DNA from: an uncultured delta proteobacterium
Lineage (GTDB): Bacteria; Myxococcota; B64-G9
Length of the DNA stretch: 64,000 nt
Direction: 5' to 3'
NCBI GenBank assembly: GCA_963754925.1
Contig: CAVWHX010000007.1
Coordinates: 128,001-192,000 of the forward strand
The notes under the pieces were generated by a model that was not told where the DNA came from, ran no database searches, and worked only from the letters and a program-made list of their open reading frames with translations. Below, piece after piece: positions 40,092 to 51,179 of this stretch. The first letter of the stretch is position 1. Each line of letters starts with the position of its first letter. Position numbers and translations under genes: made by a program.

Positions 40092-40688
40092 TCACTTGGC
40101 CGAGGGCGCTTTTATCGGCGTCTTCTGGAAAACCTCCGCCCTTGATTTCTCCGCAGATTTTGAAAGCACAACGCCTTTTTCGCGAGCAGCCAGCTCGGAC
40201 GCAAGCTCGGAGAAAAGAGGTTGCGGCCCCAGCAGAATAACCTCGGCGCCAGGAAGGGCGACCACGGCTCGCTCAAAAAAGAGTCTGAATGCCTCGGCAG
40301 CCGTGATCGAACCGGTTTCCACAAACGGTAGTTCGAGCGCAGCCTTGTTAAGACATGCCCTCGTGAGCACTTTGAACATGAGATCAACGGTTTGGAAAAA
40401 CGAATTTCGATCAAATTGATTGCGCGCACCCAGACCGAAGAGCAAGATCCGTTCAGCGCCAATGCGACTGCCCGTGTTGGTCAACAACACCTCACCGCGG
40501 CGGCAACCAAAAGCGTTTTCCTGGATCAACCCGCTGACACGTCCACAGAGGCGCCAATCGCAATAACCGGCCGTGCCCCGCAGGGGGCGGTCGTCCTCAA
40601 ACAGGCTCAAGACCAGCACATCGGCTTGCAGTCGATCGAGCGACGCAAGCGAGACACCCGTGGTCGATAGAACAAGCGAACGGGTCAT
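40092..40688 (-). CDS. Peptidase M17 N-terminal-domain-like protein
   Basis: FEDDRPLRGTAGYCDWRLCG...GEVLL...ILLFGLG. Confidence 0.75.
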   Translation of the reverse strand: MTRSLVLSTTGVSLASLDRLQADVLVLSLFEDDRPLRGTAGYCDWRLCGRVSGLIQENAFGCRRGEVLLTNTGSRIGAERILLFGLGARNQFDRNSFFQTVDLMFKVLTRACLNKAALELPFVETGSITAAEAFRLFFERAVVALPGAEVILLGPQPLFSELASELAAREKGVVLSKSAEKSRAEVFQKTPIKAPSAK

Positions 40689-40696
40689 GGATCTTG

Positions 40697-41101
40697 TTAA
40701 TCCATTTCACTGGCCAATTTGTCAAGGATGCCGTTTATGAAAGCCCAGGAGTCCTCGGTGCCATAGCGTTTGGCGATCTCGATGGCCTCGTTCAGGGTCA
40801 CCCGTTTGGGAATCTCTTCAACGTAGAAGATCTCATAGGCCGCCATACGCAGAATGTTGCGATCGATACAGGCCATGCGCCGTATCTTCCAATGAATGCT
40901 CACCTTCTGAATTACCTTGTCGAGCTCATTCAAATGCGTCAGGGTGCCGCGCACAATCATCTCGGTGAATTCGCGACCCTCGTCTTCTGGTTCGAAATCC
41001 TCCCAAAACTGTCGAATGGCTTCTTCCACGGGATGATCACCGACCTCAAAGGCATACAAGATCTTCAACGCGTTTTCTCTGGCTTTGCGGCGGATGCCCA
41101 T
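40697..41101 (-). CDS. nusB: Transcription antitermination factor NusB
   Basis: RRKARE, IDRNILRMA, NEAIEIAKRYG, FINGILD; start set at ATG 41101. Confidence 0.95.
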   Translation of the reverse strand: MGIRRKARENALKILYAFEVGDHPVEEAIRQFWEDFEPEDEGREFTEMIVRGTLTHLNELDKVIQKVSIHWKIRRMACIDRNILRMAAYEIFYVEEIPKRVTLNEAIEIAKRYGTEDSWAFINGILDKLASEMD

Positions 41102-41180
41102 GAGACCAGACCTTAGCGCCTTGTTAGTCGTGGCTGTCCACAGACTCTGGTGAGCGGTTTCCCGATTCCTACCATTGAAG

Positions 41181-41678
41181 CTAGCGAGCGCGTGGTGATT
41201 TTGACTTGCGCACGCCACTAGTACGATAGAGGTTGCTCATTTCAATAGCCGCCAGCGCGGCATCAAAGCCTTTATTACCCATCTTCGACCCGCCCCGTTC
41301 GATCGCCTGTTCGAGGTTGTCGGCGGTGATAACGCCCATTCCGATCGCCACGGGAAATTCGCCGGCGGTCGCTGCCACACCCTTGAACACTTCGGCCGCG
41401 ATGAGATCGAAATGCGTCGTGCCGCCCCGAATCAAGGCGCCTAAACAGATTATCGCGTCGACGTCAGAGGCCGCGGCAAGATGCCGCACCATTGCCGGCA
41501 GCTCAAATGAACCCGGGGTACGGTATACCCGAATGTCTTGATCGTTGGCGCCGTGGCGCGTAAGTGCGTCCAAGGCTCCTTCCAGAAGGCGTTCACTAAT
41601 AAAGTTGTTAAAGCGGCTCACGACGATCGCTACCTTAAGGCCTCGAGCGTCAAATTGACCTTCGAAAATCCTCGGCAT
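41181..41678 (-). CDS. ribH: 6,7-dimethyl-8-ribityllumazine synthase
   Basis: SRFN, PGSFELP, IRGGTTHFD, GNKG. Confidence 0.96.
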   Translation of the reverse strand: MPRIFEGQFDARGLKVAIVVSRFNNFISERLLEGALDALTRHGANDQDIRVYRTPGSFELPAMVRHLAAASDVDAIICLGALIRGGTTHFDLIAAEVFKGVAATAGEFPVAIGMGVITADNLEQAIERGGSKMGNKGFDAALAAIEMSNLYRTSGVRKSKSPRAR

Positions 41679-41698
41679 GGGTATCCTCCAAAAAGATG

Positions 41699-42956
41699 CT
41701 ATCCCTTCGGTTTTACGACTTGCAATTGGTGCAGCACGTGCCCCATTTTTTGCTGTTTCGTGTGGAGGTAGTCGGCATTAACTTGATTGACCGGAATTTC
41801 CACGGGCACGCGCTCGACCACTTCAAGATCGTAGCCCTCGAGTGCGATAATCTTCTTTGGATTGTTCGTCATCAACCGCATTCGGCGCACGCCAAGATCG
41901 CGCAGGATCTGCGCTCCTATGCCGTAGTCGCGCAAATCGGACTTAAATCCCAGTCGTTGGTTAGCCTCGACGGTGTCGTAGCCTTGATCCTGGAGCTGGT
42001 ACGCCTTCAGCTTGTTCACCAATCCGATACCCCGGCCCTCTTGGCGTAGGTATAAGAGCACCCCACGGCCTTCCTTTTCGATCATGGTCATAGCCCCCGC
42101 CAGTTGGTTGCCGCAGTCGCAGCGCAGGGAACCGAACACATCGCCGGTGAGGCATTCGCGAATGCACGCGGACCAATATCGGTTGCTCCGGGTTTATTTC
42201 GCCCTTCACCAGCGCAAGATGAGTATACGGATCGACATCGTTTTCGTAGGCGATCGCCAAAAACGGCCCGCCAAAACGCGTGGGGATGCGCGCCTCGACG
42301 ACGCGTCGCACCAGGGTTTCTCGGCTGATGCGATACTCAATGAGTTCGGCGATCGAAACGATGTTGAGGTGGTGGGTCCGGGCGAAAATTTCTAAATCCG
42401 GCATGCGCGCCATGCTGCCATCGTCTCTCATGATTTCGCAAATAACCCCCGCCGGTCGAAGCCCTGCCAAGCGCGCCAGGTCCACTGAACCTTCGGTCTG
42501 ACCGGTTCGAACCAAGACCCCACCCTTGCGGGCCCGCAAGGGAAAGACATGACCGGGCCGCACCAAGTCGCCGGGTTTAGCCTCTTCCGCCACTGCTGCC
42601 AGAATCGTGGCCGCGCGATCGGCGGCCGAGATGCCGGTGGTGACGCCGCGGCGCGCCTCAATTGAAACCGTAAATGCCGTCCCGAACGGCGCCTCGTTGT
42701 AGAGATCGTCCACCATCTGCGGAAGCTGGAGCTGGCGGATGGACTCTTCGGTGAGCGACAGACAAACTAACCCGCGGGCGTACTTGGTCATGAAATTGAT
42801 CGCCTCGGGGGTGACCAACTCGGCCGCAAGGCACAGATCGCCTTCGTTCTCGCGATCGGCGTCATCCACCAAGACGACCATCTTACCGGTTCGAATATCT
42901 TCGATCGCGCGTTGGACGCGCTCGAGAGCCTTCGTACTTTCAACGGGATCCATCAT
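41699..42956 (-). CDS. ribBA: Bifunctional DHBP synthase/GTP cyclohydrolase II, frameshift near 42160
   Basis: [31 protein letters not shown] then (other frame) [22 protein letters not shown]. Confidence 0.93.
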
Positions 42957-42996
42957 CGTATGCACCCTACCTTAACCTCCCCTGTTAATTCAAGTA

Positions 42997-43632
42997 CTAC
43001 AAAAACCCATGCCGTCGTAAAAACTCCTCGTTAAGCTGACTACCCGATGAACTGCCCATAAAATGCTTCACGTACTTACCAAGTATATCGCTCTCGAGGT
43101 TGACACGATCACCGGGGCGAAGCTCAGATAGCTTAGTATTTTCAATGGTATAGGGTACAATACTTACCCGAAAGCGTTCGACCGATGGTTCATTGACCGT
43201 CAGGCTTACCCCATCGATCGCCACCGATCCTTTAGGCACGAGGAAGGGCCAAACATTTGCCGGCGCCTGCAACCACAAGTCCAAACCAGTATCCTGGGGG
43301 TGACGTGAAAGCACTTCCCCCACCCCATCGACATGGCCAGTCACCAGATGACCACCCAGTCGACCCCCGAGGGTCAAGGCTCGCTCCAGGTGAACCCGGT
43401 CGCTGACTCTTCGGTAACCGACCGTGGTGGCCGCGAGTGTTTCGTGGCTGATATCCAGAAGGACTTCACCCTTAACCACGTTGGTAACCGTCAGGCACAC
43501 GCCGTCGACGGCAACGGAATCGCCCGGCGCAAGACCATCCGAAAGCCGGGTGGCAATCCGAAGCTGCATTTCTTTTCCGGCGCGCTGGAGGTTGGTCAGC
43601 GTACCGATTTCTTCAATTATTCCGGTAAACAC
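42997..43632 (-). CDS. ribE: Riboflavin synthase
   Basis: MFTGIIEEIG, DGVCLTV, GGHLVTGHVDG, VNLESD. Confidence 0.96.
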   Translation of the reverse strand: MFTGIIEEIGTLTNLQRAGKEMQLRIATRLSDGLAPGDSVAVDGVCLTVTNVVKGEVLLDISHETLAATTVGYRRVSDRVHLERALTLGGRLGGHLVTGHVDGVGEVLSRHPQDTGLDLWLQAPANVWPFLVPKGSVAIDGVSLTVNEPSVERFRVSIVPYTIENTKLSELRPGDRVNLESDILGKYVKHFMGSSSGSQLNEEFLRRHGFL

Positions 43633-43685
43633 AGCCTCTCACCACCTTCCACAACTCTATTATGCACGAAAAACAACCCATTCGT

Positions 43686-44798
43686 CTATGGCCAGCACAA
43701 ACGGCCCGAGCAATGCGCATCGTTGCCGAGTTGACGGAAACGCACATCAACCAGTCGGGGTGCTTTCTCCGGCGTGCGCAATCCCTTCCACCGGACGAGC
43801 GGCACGCCCTCGGATCCAAGCACCAGGGGCGCTATAAACAGCTCCAATCTATCCACCAGCCGCTGGCTCATGAAGGCTCCGTGCACTTCAGAGCCGCCCT
43901 CAACCAGCAACCGATACACACCCCTATTGAAAAGCTCCCGAAGAACCACGTTGAGATTGAGGCGCGCACTCCCCCTGGTCGTCGAAAGTGCAACCACCTT
44001 CGCACCGGTAGATTCGAGCGCCCGACGTTTACGGGCATTCGCCGACGCGGCGCAAAAGACCCAGACGGGCGCGCCCCGGTTAATATGCAGCAACCGAGCT
44101 CGCGGCGAGAGCGATAGCTTTCCATCAAGCACCACGACTGCTGGGTTAGGCCCGCGAACGTGCCGGACCGTCAACTCCGGATCGTCAGCGGTCACGGTTC
44201 CGGCCCCGACCAGCACCGCATTTGCGGTAGCGCGTAGCCGGTGAGCCTCGCGGCGAGCCCGTTCGCCGGTGAGCCAACGTGAAGTCCTGGCCGCCGTGCC
44301 TATGCGTCCGTCTAAACTGGCAGCGGCTTTGAGAACCACCAACGGACGTCCTTCGCGAATAAACAGGTTGTAATCCTCATTGAGTTTTTTACATTGATCT
44401 TCAAGAACGCCCTCGATCACCTCAACGCCAGCGTGGCGTAACAGGTGAAGTCCTCCACCGCACTCTCGCGGGTTGGGATCGGTCGCCCCGACAAACACCC
44501 TGCGGATACCCGACTCCAGAATGCTGGAGGTGCAGGGCCCGGTGCGGCCAAAGCAATGGCAAGGCTCGAGCGTCACGTACAGATCGGCGCCCAGCGCTCG
44601 TCGACCCGCGTGTTCAAGCGCTTCGACTTCAGCGTGCGCTAGCCCCGGCCTATGGTGGTACCCCTCGCCGACGGTGCGCCCGCCTCGGACTACCACCGCC
44701 CCCACCATCGGGTTGGGCCAGGTCTGGCGATAGGCGCGCCGGGCAAGCACCAGCGCCCGCGCCATGTAACGCTCGGCCACGGCGGTGGAAGGTTTCAT
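43686..44798 (-). CDS. ribD: Riboflavin biosynthesis deaminase/reductase
   Basis: PNPMVGAV, HAE, TLEPC, AASLDG, DDPELTVR, VEGG. Confidence 0.96.
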   Translation of the reverse strand: MKPSTAVAERYMARALVLARRAYRQTWPNPMVGAVVVRGGRTVGEGYHHRPGLAHAEVEALEHAGRRALGADLYVTLEPCHCFGRTGPCTSSILESGIRRVFVGATDPNPRECGGGLHLLRHAGVEVIEGVLEDQCKKLNEDYNLFIREGRPLVVLKAAASLDGRIGTAARTSRWLTGERARREAHRLRATANAVLVGAGTVTADDPELTVRHVRGPNPAVVVLDGKLSLSPRARLLHINRGAPVWVFCAASANARKRRALESTGAKVVALSTTRGSARLNLNVVLRELFNRGVYRLLVEGGSEVHGAFMSQRLVDRLELFIAPLVLGSEGVPLVRWKGLRTPEKAPRLVDVRFRQLGNDAHCSGRLCWP

Positions 44799-45277
44799 CA
44801 ATTCTCTCGCTTATACTTGCGCCGGTCATCTCGAATGAGTTCTTGCAGCTGTGTCATAAATTGACTGAGATCCTTAAAGGAATGATACACACTGGCGAAA
44901 CGCACATAGGCGACGTCATCGAGCCCGCGCAAGTAGCGCATGACTTCCTCGCCCAGCAGTTGACTTGACACCTCGCGTTCGCCCCGCTCCTGCAGCCGAC
45001 GCTCGAGCTCATCGACGAAGCGCTCGATCTCATCGGTGCTGATTGGTCGCTTCTCGCACGCCTTGAGAATCCCGCTGCTCAGTTTTTCGCGGTCGAACTG
45101 CTCGCGCCGGCCGTCTTTCTTCACCACAAACGGCACGGTGGCTTCAACTTTTTCATAGGTGGTGAAGCGCCGCTTGCAGTCAGCGCATTCTCGGCGGCGG
45201 CGGATGGCTTGACCATCCATGCTCACGCGTGAGTCAAGCACCTTATTATGAATTTTTCCGCAGAACGGGCACTTCAC
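44798..45277 (-). CDS. nrdR: Transcriptional repressor NrdR
   Basis: [26 protein letters not shown]. Confidence 0.97.
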   Translation of the reverse strand: MKCPFCGKIHNKVLDSRVSMDGQAIRRRRECADCKRRFTTYEKVEATVPFVVKKDGRREQFDREKLSSGILKACEKRPISTDEIERFVDELERRLQERGEREVSSQLLGEEVMRYLRGLDDVAYVRFASVYHSFKDLSQFMTQLQELIRDDRRKYKREN

Positions 45278-45280
45278 CGT

Positions 45281-45748
45281 TTACCTCCCGCTCGGCTCGG
45301 ATGGCACCTCTAATCGTATCAGCTCGAGGCCGGCTTCAGCCGCCATCTCCTGTGCGAGACGATCGTCATAGAGACCGCAGAAGAATACCCGCTTGATACC
45401 AGCGTTAACGATCATCTTGACACAGATGACACAGGGACTGATGGTGCAGTACATGGCTGCGTCGCGAATGGCCACGCCATGATACGAAGCCTGGATGATA
45501 GCGTTCTGTTCGGCATGCAAGCCGCGGCAGAGCTCGGCGCGCTCACCCGAGGGAATATTTCGCTGCTCGCGCAGACACCCCACCGCAGAACAGTGGGCGA
45601 GACCCTTGGGGGCGCCGTTATAGCCGGTCGCCAGAACCATGCGATCCTTAACCATGACCGCCCCCACGCGCCTTCGCAGACAGGTCGATCGCTGCTCGGC
45701 GAGCCTGGCAAAGTTCATGAAATACGTATCCCAGTCCGGCCTCGTCAT
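45281..45748 (-). CDS. dCMP deaminase-family (ComEB-like) protein
   Basis: [31 protein letters not shown]. Confidence 0.92.
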   Translation of the reverse strand: MTRPDWDTYFMNFARLAEQRSTCLRRRVGAVMVKDRMVLATGYNGAPKGLAHCSAVGCLREQRNIPSGERAELCRGLHAEQNAIIQASYHGVAIRDAAMYCTISPCVICVKMIVNAGIKRVFFCGLYDDRLAQEMAAEAGLELIRLEVPSEPSGR

Positions 45749-46215
45749 GAGCAACCCGTTCCGCCTACGTGCTCAACCTTCGCCACGCGACGGGCATGGC
45801 GGCCACTCTCGAAGGAATTTTCGAGGAACGTCTTGAGAATATCCTCGGCCTCTCCGAACCCCAGCACCCGTCCTCCCAGGCACAGCACGTTGGCGTTGTT
45901 ATGGGCTCGCGCCATCCGCGCCATGTAAGCCGACGTGCACACAGCTGCGCGCACCCCCGGAAAACGGTTGGCGGTAATCGACATGCCGATGCCGGTACCG
46001 CATATCAATACACCGAGTCGATCGCTCGAAGCCACCACCCGGTGAACGAGCGCGGCCGCATAGTCCGGATAGTCGACGGCTTCCAATCCGGTGGTGCCAA
46101 GGTCCTCAACGGGATACCCCCACCCCTGCAGCAAACTAACCAGGTGGGATTTGAGGTTATAGCCACCGTGATCTGAGGCTATCACTACCGTACGTTTATC
46201 GGTGGTACCTTTCAT
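45745..46215 (-). CDS. rpiB: Ribose-5-phosphate isomerase B
   Basis: SDHGG, DYPD, CGTGIGM, HNNANVL, GRHARRV. Confidence 0.96.
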   Translation of the reverse strand: MKGTTDKRTVVIASDHGGYNLKSHLVSLLQGWGYPVEDLGTTGLEAVDYPDYAAALVHRVVASSDRLGVLICGTGIGMSITANRFPGVRAAVCTSAYMARMARAHNNANVLCLGGRVLGFGEAEDILKTFLENSFESGRHARRVAKVEHVGGTGCS

Positions 46216-46255
46216 GCAGCCCTCTCTCATCCCAACGGGATCGTGGGCGTTGCGG

Positions 46256-46504
46256 TCACTCCTTGACCCGTTTGCGCAAAAACGCCACGATATCGCTTAT
46301 GGTAACCATTTTTTCCTCGAGCTCATCCTCGGGGATTTCGTCGAGGTTGAGCTTGAAGGCTTCTTCAACCTCCATCAGAATCGTGTAGCGGTCAAGGGAT
46401 GTCGCGCCGAGGTCATCTTTGAGGGAAGCTTCGAGCCGAATGTTGGCAACATCAATCTTGAGTATCGCGCTGATGATTTGTTTTACCCGTTCTTCTAAAG
46501 TCAT
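46256..46504 (-). CDS. acpP: Acyl carrier protein
   Basis: Acidic 82-aa protein, DDLGATSLD (variant of GADSLD), directly after fabD. Confidence 0.8.
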   Translation of the reverse strand: MTLEERVKQIISAILKIDVANIRLEASLKDDLGATSLDRYTILMEVEEAFKLNLDEIPEDELEEKMVTISDIVAFLRKRVKE

Positions 46505-46521
46505 AGATATTTCCCTTGGTT

Positions 46522-47499
46522 TTAACCGTTGTCTGCGGTTTTTAGTCGGAACACGTCCATAAGCCGACCCGAGGTCACGGGACGGTTGAACCAGCGCGCA
46601 TCAACCGAACGGTCTATTCTGCGCACGAGCCCCGCCAAAACACCATGGGGGCCAAGCTCGGCAAATAATCGACACCCCTGTCGCAACGCCCAGTGAACAC
46701 ACTCCTCCCAACGCACCGGACGGGTCATCTGTTCGGCAAGTTTGGTGCGGATGCTGTCCGGATCGGCGTGCGGTTCAGCGGTGACATTTGACAACACCGG
46801 CACGGCCGGGACGCGCAGGGGCACGGTTGCGAGCACCTCGCTCAACTGCGTTGCGGCCTTCTGCATGAGCGCACAGTGACAGGGCACCGAGACGCGCAGG
46901 CGCACCACCCGGCGCGCTCCGGCACGCTGCAAGGCAGTCTCGGCGCGCGCCAGGGCTGCGGCGTGGCCGGAAATCACCACTTGCCCGGGCGCATTGAAAT
47001 TGGTCACCGCCAGGATCTCGTTCGCGCGCACCTCTTGACAGACCGCTTCGACGCTCTCGGCCGGAAGTCCGATGACCGCGGCCATACCGCCGAGCCCAGC
47101 GGCGCCCGCAGCCGCCATAAATTCCCCTCGTCGAGCAATGCAGCGCAGGGCTTGCGCAAAATCGATTGCATCGCCTGCGACCAACGCAGCGAACTCCCCA
47201 GCCGAATGACCCAGGCAAACAGCCGGAGACAACCCCATGTGTTCCTGGAGATCGCGTAAGATTGCAATCGATACCGTGAGCAAGGCTGGTTGCGCTTTAT
47301 CGGTGCGGTTGAGCTCCTGCTCGGGGCCGTCGCGACAGAGGGTTGAGACCGACCAACCTAAAACGTCATCGGCCTCCTCAAAGACACGTCGCGCCGCGCC
47401 CGTGCCGTGCATATACTCCCGACCCATTCCCAATGACTGAGAACCCTGCCCGGGAAACATCAGCGCAATGGGTTGGCATGAACAAGTCTCGGTTGACAT
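46522..47499 (-). CDS. fabD: Malonyl-CoA:ACP transacylase
   Basis: FPGQGSQ, AQPAL, GHSAGE, NAPGQVVISG, PVRW. Confidence 0.94.
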   Translation of the reverse strand: MSTETCSCQPIALMFPGQGSQSLGMGREYMHGTGAARRVFEEADDVLGWSVSTLCRDGPEQELNRTDKAQPALLTVSIAILRDLQEHMGLSPAVCLGHSAGEFAALVAGDAIDFAQALRCIARRGEFMAAAGAAGLGGMAAVIGLPAESVEAVCQEVRANEILAVTNFNAPGQVVISGHAAALARAETALQRAGARRVVRLRVSVPCHCALMQKAATQLSEVLATVPLRVPAVPVLSNVTAEPHADPDSIRTKLAEQMTRPVRWEECVHWALRQGCRLFAELGPHGVLAGLVRRIDRSVDARWFNRPVTSGRLMDVFRLKTADNG

Positions 47500-47517
47500 G
47501 GGCGTAGCGGCGGCCGA

Positions 47518-47697
47518 TTACGATGAAACCACGACGACCTGCCGACCCTTGTAGTAGCCGCATTTTGGACACACGCGGTGAGGCAGCATCGGTTCTGTGC
47601 ATTGAGGACAGTCGATGACGTTCGGCGCCTTAATTTTAAAATGGGACCGCCGCTGATCTCTCCGCGCCTTGGATTTTCTTTTCTTGGGGACAGCCAT
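47518..47697 (-). CDS. rpmF: 50S ribosomal protein L32 (not in the ORF track)
   Basis: Manual translation [19 protein letters not shown]...CPQC...[14 protein letters not shown]. Confidence 0.97.
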   Translation of the reverse strand: MAVPKKRKSKARRDQRRSHFKIKAPNVIDCPQCTEPMLPHRVCPKCGYYKGRQVVVVSS

Positions 47698-47743
47698 GAT
47701 AATGAAGCTCCTTCACGGTGGTGAATTAACCGCTTGTTGAAGG

Positions 47744-48280
47744 TTAATGAACGAGTGATTTTAGTACGTTCCAACGGGGATCGGCCTCCTTTTGGCCGCA
47801 GCCACAGGCCCCCTGGTTCAGATCCTGCCCGCAGGTGGCGCACAACCCCCGGCATTCTTCGGAGCACCGCGGAAACATCGGTAACGCCAACAAAATCTGT
47901 TCGCGCAGAATATCGCCGAGATCAATCAGCTCATGGTCGTAGAACTCTTGGTCAAGATCCTCACTCGTGAGTTCCTGCTCACTCGGCAGCGGGTCTTGAT
48001 GCAGCGGCCGGGGCCTCAGGGTAAGCTGAAAGTCTATCGGCAGATCGAAACGAAAGTTTTTCAGGCACCGTGAGCATTCGGCATCGAGACACATAAGGAA
48101 TTTCGCTTGCAGAACCACGTCGTTGCCCACCCGCTGAACTCGACCCCGGAACACCTGAGCTGAAGAAGCGCGACAACCGGCTTGTTGTCCTCCATCGAGA
48201 AAACTCTCGAGCCAGTTCACCTCGAGGGTTTTCTCAATCTCGACCGGTTCCTCGGGAAGTTCCAAAACAGGCAGTTGCAC
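47744..48280 (-). CDS. yceD: DUF177/YceD protein
   Basis: CSRCL, EQILLALP, CRGLCATCG, DPRW; upstream of rpmF. Confidence 0.9.
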   Translation of the reverse strand: MQLPVLELPEEPVEIEKTLEVNWLESFLDGGQQAGCRASSAQVFRGRVQRVGNDVVLQAKFLMCLDAECSRCLKNFRFDLPIDFQLTLRPRPLHQDPLPSEQELTSEDLDQEFYDHELIDLGDILREQILLALPMFPRCSEECRGLCATCGQDLNQGACGCGQKEADPRWNVLKSLVH

Positions 48281-48416
48281 CGGATCTCCTTCTCATCGCA
48301 AAACAAACTTGGCAGTAAGTATAAACGGCGCAACGATCTTGTCAATCGGAAAGCTACCGTTGGCGGCTTTCGGACCGAGTTAATGCCCATTGACACGACC
48401 ACGGGTACCCGCGATA

Positions 48417-48490
<74 letters not shown>

Positions 48491-48550
48491 ATGACGCCGA
48501 AAGAATCATACCCACCTGCAAGAAGGGGTCAAGAGAAAAAAATGATATGA

Positions 48551-48910
48551 TTACGTTGCAGCGCCGTTTTTGCTTTGACTGAGGTACCTATCGACCACCC
48601 AGCGAATAACATCCCTGCCCGCATCCGTGATGCTTAAGAATCGAATTGCAAAACCGGTTGGCTCTTGTCGCTGAACCCAAACGACCTCTGCTTCAGCCTT
48701 TATCGGTATATCAATCTTCGGAAGGTAGAGTAAAACCGATACCCGCGTTTCGACCTCAATTGGCTTGTCGGCCAACAAAAACGCACCGCCGGCGCTAATG
48801 TTCTTGGATAAATAATTCTGAGCAGTACCAGCGTGATTAACTTGGATTATCACCCCAATGGGCGCGCGCGGGTGTTGACGTTGATTAGAAAACTCTTTCT
48901 CGCCGACCAT
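48551..48910 (-). CDS. PilZ-domain protein
   Basis: RQHPR (RxxxR) and NISAGG ([D/N]xSxxG). Confidence 0.9.
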   Translation of the reverse strand: MVGEKEFSNQRQHPRAPIGVIIQVNHAGTAQNYLSKNISAGGAFLLADKPIEVETRVSVLLYLPKIDIPIKAEAEVVWVQRQEPTGFAIRFLSITDAGRDVIRWVVDRYLSQSKNGAAT

Positions 48911-49076
48911 CGGTTTAGGTTTCTTCCGAGAAGTTCACGGTCACCTTCACAAAAAACGTATCTTGATGACTGCTGTGCTGACGAACCGTATTAATTATTG
49001 TTCAGATATATAATATATTTTCTTTGCTCATTGCAACTTAATAATTACTGTCACCGAACCCCTTTGGGGCACGTCG

Positions 49077-50928
49077 CTATCCTGGAAACGATACCTCAAG
49101 AGCCGATCGATCACCGCTCTTGACGCCTTCCCCCAGAACTTTCACCTGGGGAAGAATATTGTTTACAAAATAACTCGCCGAAGCGATACGAGCTTGGTAG
49201 AACGTAGCCTCGCTGTTCTGAGAGATACGCTGAGCCCGCGCCTGCGGCGTTGAGGCACCCGCCGTGCGCACGATCGACGCCAGACGTTCGTTGGCGTTCA
49301 CCGCTGCATCCACGAGATAGTAGGCGGTGGCTACGTGTCCAAACAGCTCCAGGTACGGGGTGGCGTGCAGCAGCGCATATGCCGGGTCTTTCTTCATTAC
49401 CTCTCCAAGTTTCACTGAAATATCGGCAAGCAGCGCTGTGGCTTCCGAAAGTTTATGAAGCAGCGGAGCCAGTTCGGATCCCGGCGGTTGTTGCTGGATA
49501 AACGAGTTAATCATATCTAGGTACTCTTTCAAATATGCACCGTTATTCACCATCACTTTTCGACCGAGCAAATCCATGGCCTGAATGCCGGTGGTGCCTT
49601 CGTAAATTGAGGAAATCTTTTGGTCGCGCAGGTATTGCTCGACCGGATATTCCTGACAATATCCATAACCGCCGAGTACCTGGACCGCCATTTCATTGAC
49701 GCGAAACCCTATGTCCGAGGCATAGCCTTTGCAAATGGGCGTCAGCAGTTCCACCACGTGCAGATGGCGTTCGCGCTCGGCGGCGGTCGCTGCGTGCTCG
49801 GAGCGATCGATGTGTTGAGCAACCGCCAACATCATCGAACGCATTCCGTCCACAACGGCTTTCATCCACAGCAGCATCCGGCGGATATCCGGGTGTTCGA
49901 CGATCGGCGCCCGCGGAGCGAGAGCATCCTTCGCGGCCGCAATGGGTGCGCCCTGAAGGCGCTCCCGCGCATAACCGAGAGCGCTCAAATATCCCGCCGA
50001 CGCCAAGGCCAATCCCTGAACCCCAATTCCCAGCCGCTCCTCATTCATCATTTGGAACATCAACCGCATGCCTTGGTTTTCATCACCCAGGAGCCATCCC
50101 ATGCATCTGCCCTCGTCTCCAAAATTGATGGTGCAGGTCGGCGACGACTTGATGCCCATTTTGTGCTCGATGTTGCCGCACATGAGATCGTTGCGCGGTC
50201 CTAAACTGCCGTCGCCGTTGACGAGGTATTTCGGCACCACAAAAAGGCTGATGCCCTTGGTGCCCGGCGGAGCACCCTCCACCCGGGCTAAGGTCAGATG
50301 AATAATGTTTTCCGCCATATCGTGTTCGCCGCCGGAAATGAAAATCTTGCTGCCGCTGATGAGGTAATGATCGCCATGGCGTTTGGCCGAACTTTTGAGG
50401 TTGCCCAGATCGCTACCCGCGGACGATTCGGTCAGGCACATGGTCCCGCCCCATTGACCGCTGTACATTTTTTCGCAGTACCGCTTTCGCAGCTCGGGGC
50501 TACCGAATTTATCGATCAGGTGCGCCGCGCCCTCGGTCAAAATCGTGGTGAGAAACAGACCCGCGTTTGCACCGAAAAAAATCTCGGCGCACGCCTGGCG
50601 AATCATTTGCGGCAAGCCCTGGCCTCCGACATCGGGATCATGAACCATGCCGATCCAGCCGCCTTCGGTGAAACGCCGCCACGCTTCCTTGAATCCTTGC
50701 GGCGTGTGCACCACGCCGTTATCGTACCGGCAGCCTTCGCGATCGCCCGGGGCGTTCAAGGGCGCCAATACCTCCGTGGCTGATTTTAATCGCCTCGTTC
50801 AGCACCAGTTCGAACTGTTCGTGATCGCAGTGCCGAAACGCGGGCAATTCACAGAGTCGATCTATCTGCAACTGCTCGAACAACACAAAATGAATGTCGC
50901 GCTTGTTAACCGAATATTCCGTAGGCAT
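49077..50928 (-). CDS. Acyl-CoA dehydrogenase (long form), frameshift near 50775
   Basis: TMCLTE..AGSDLG, KIFISGG, EHKMGI, IYEGTTGIQAMDL; N-terminus MPTEYSVNKRDIHFVLFE is in another frame. Confidence 0.92.
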
Positions 50929-51179
50929 GATGGGCGCCTCCAACGGTGAAGACAACGTCCGCACGGTAGCACACGAGAAAACAACCTGGCAACTTATTTT
51001 GACATCTGAGTCAATGATATATGCAAACGATACTTTGAAAAACATTTCACTGGTCGTCGGGGGAAACGGAACGGTCCTTCACTCGAGGTTGAGGGGAGAG
51101 GGACGGGCATAACACCTGTCCCTACAAGAAGTTAACGTATTTATTCAATAAATAACTTGAACCAGGTTAGCAGCGATGG

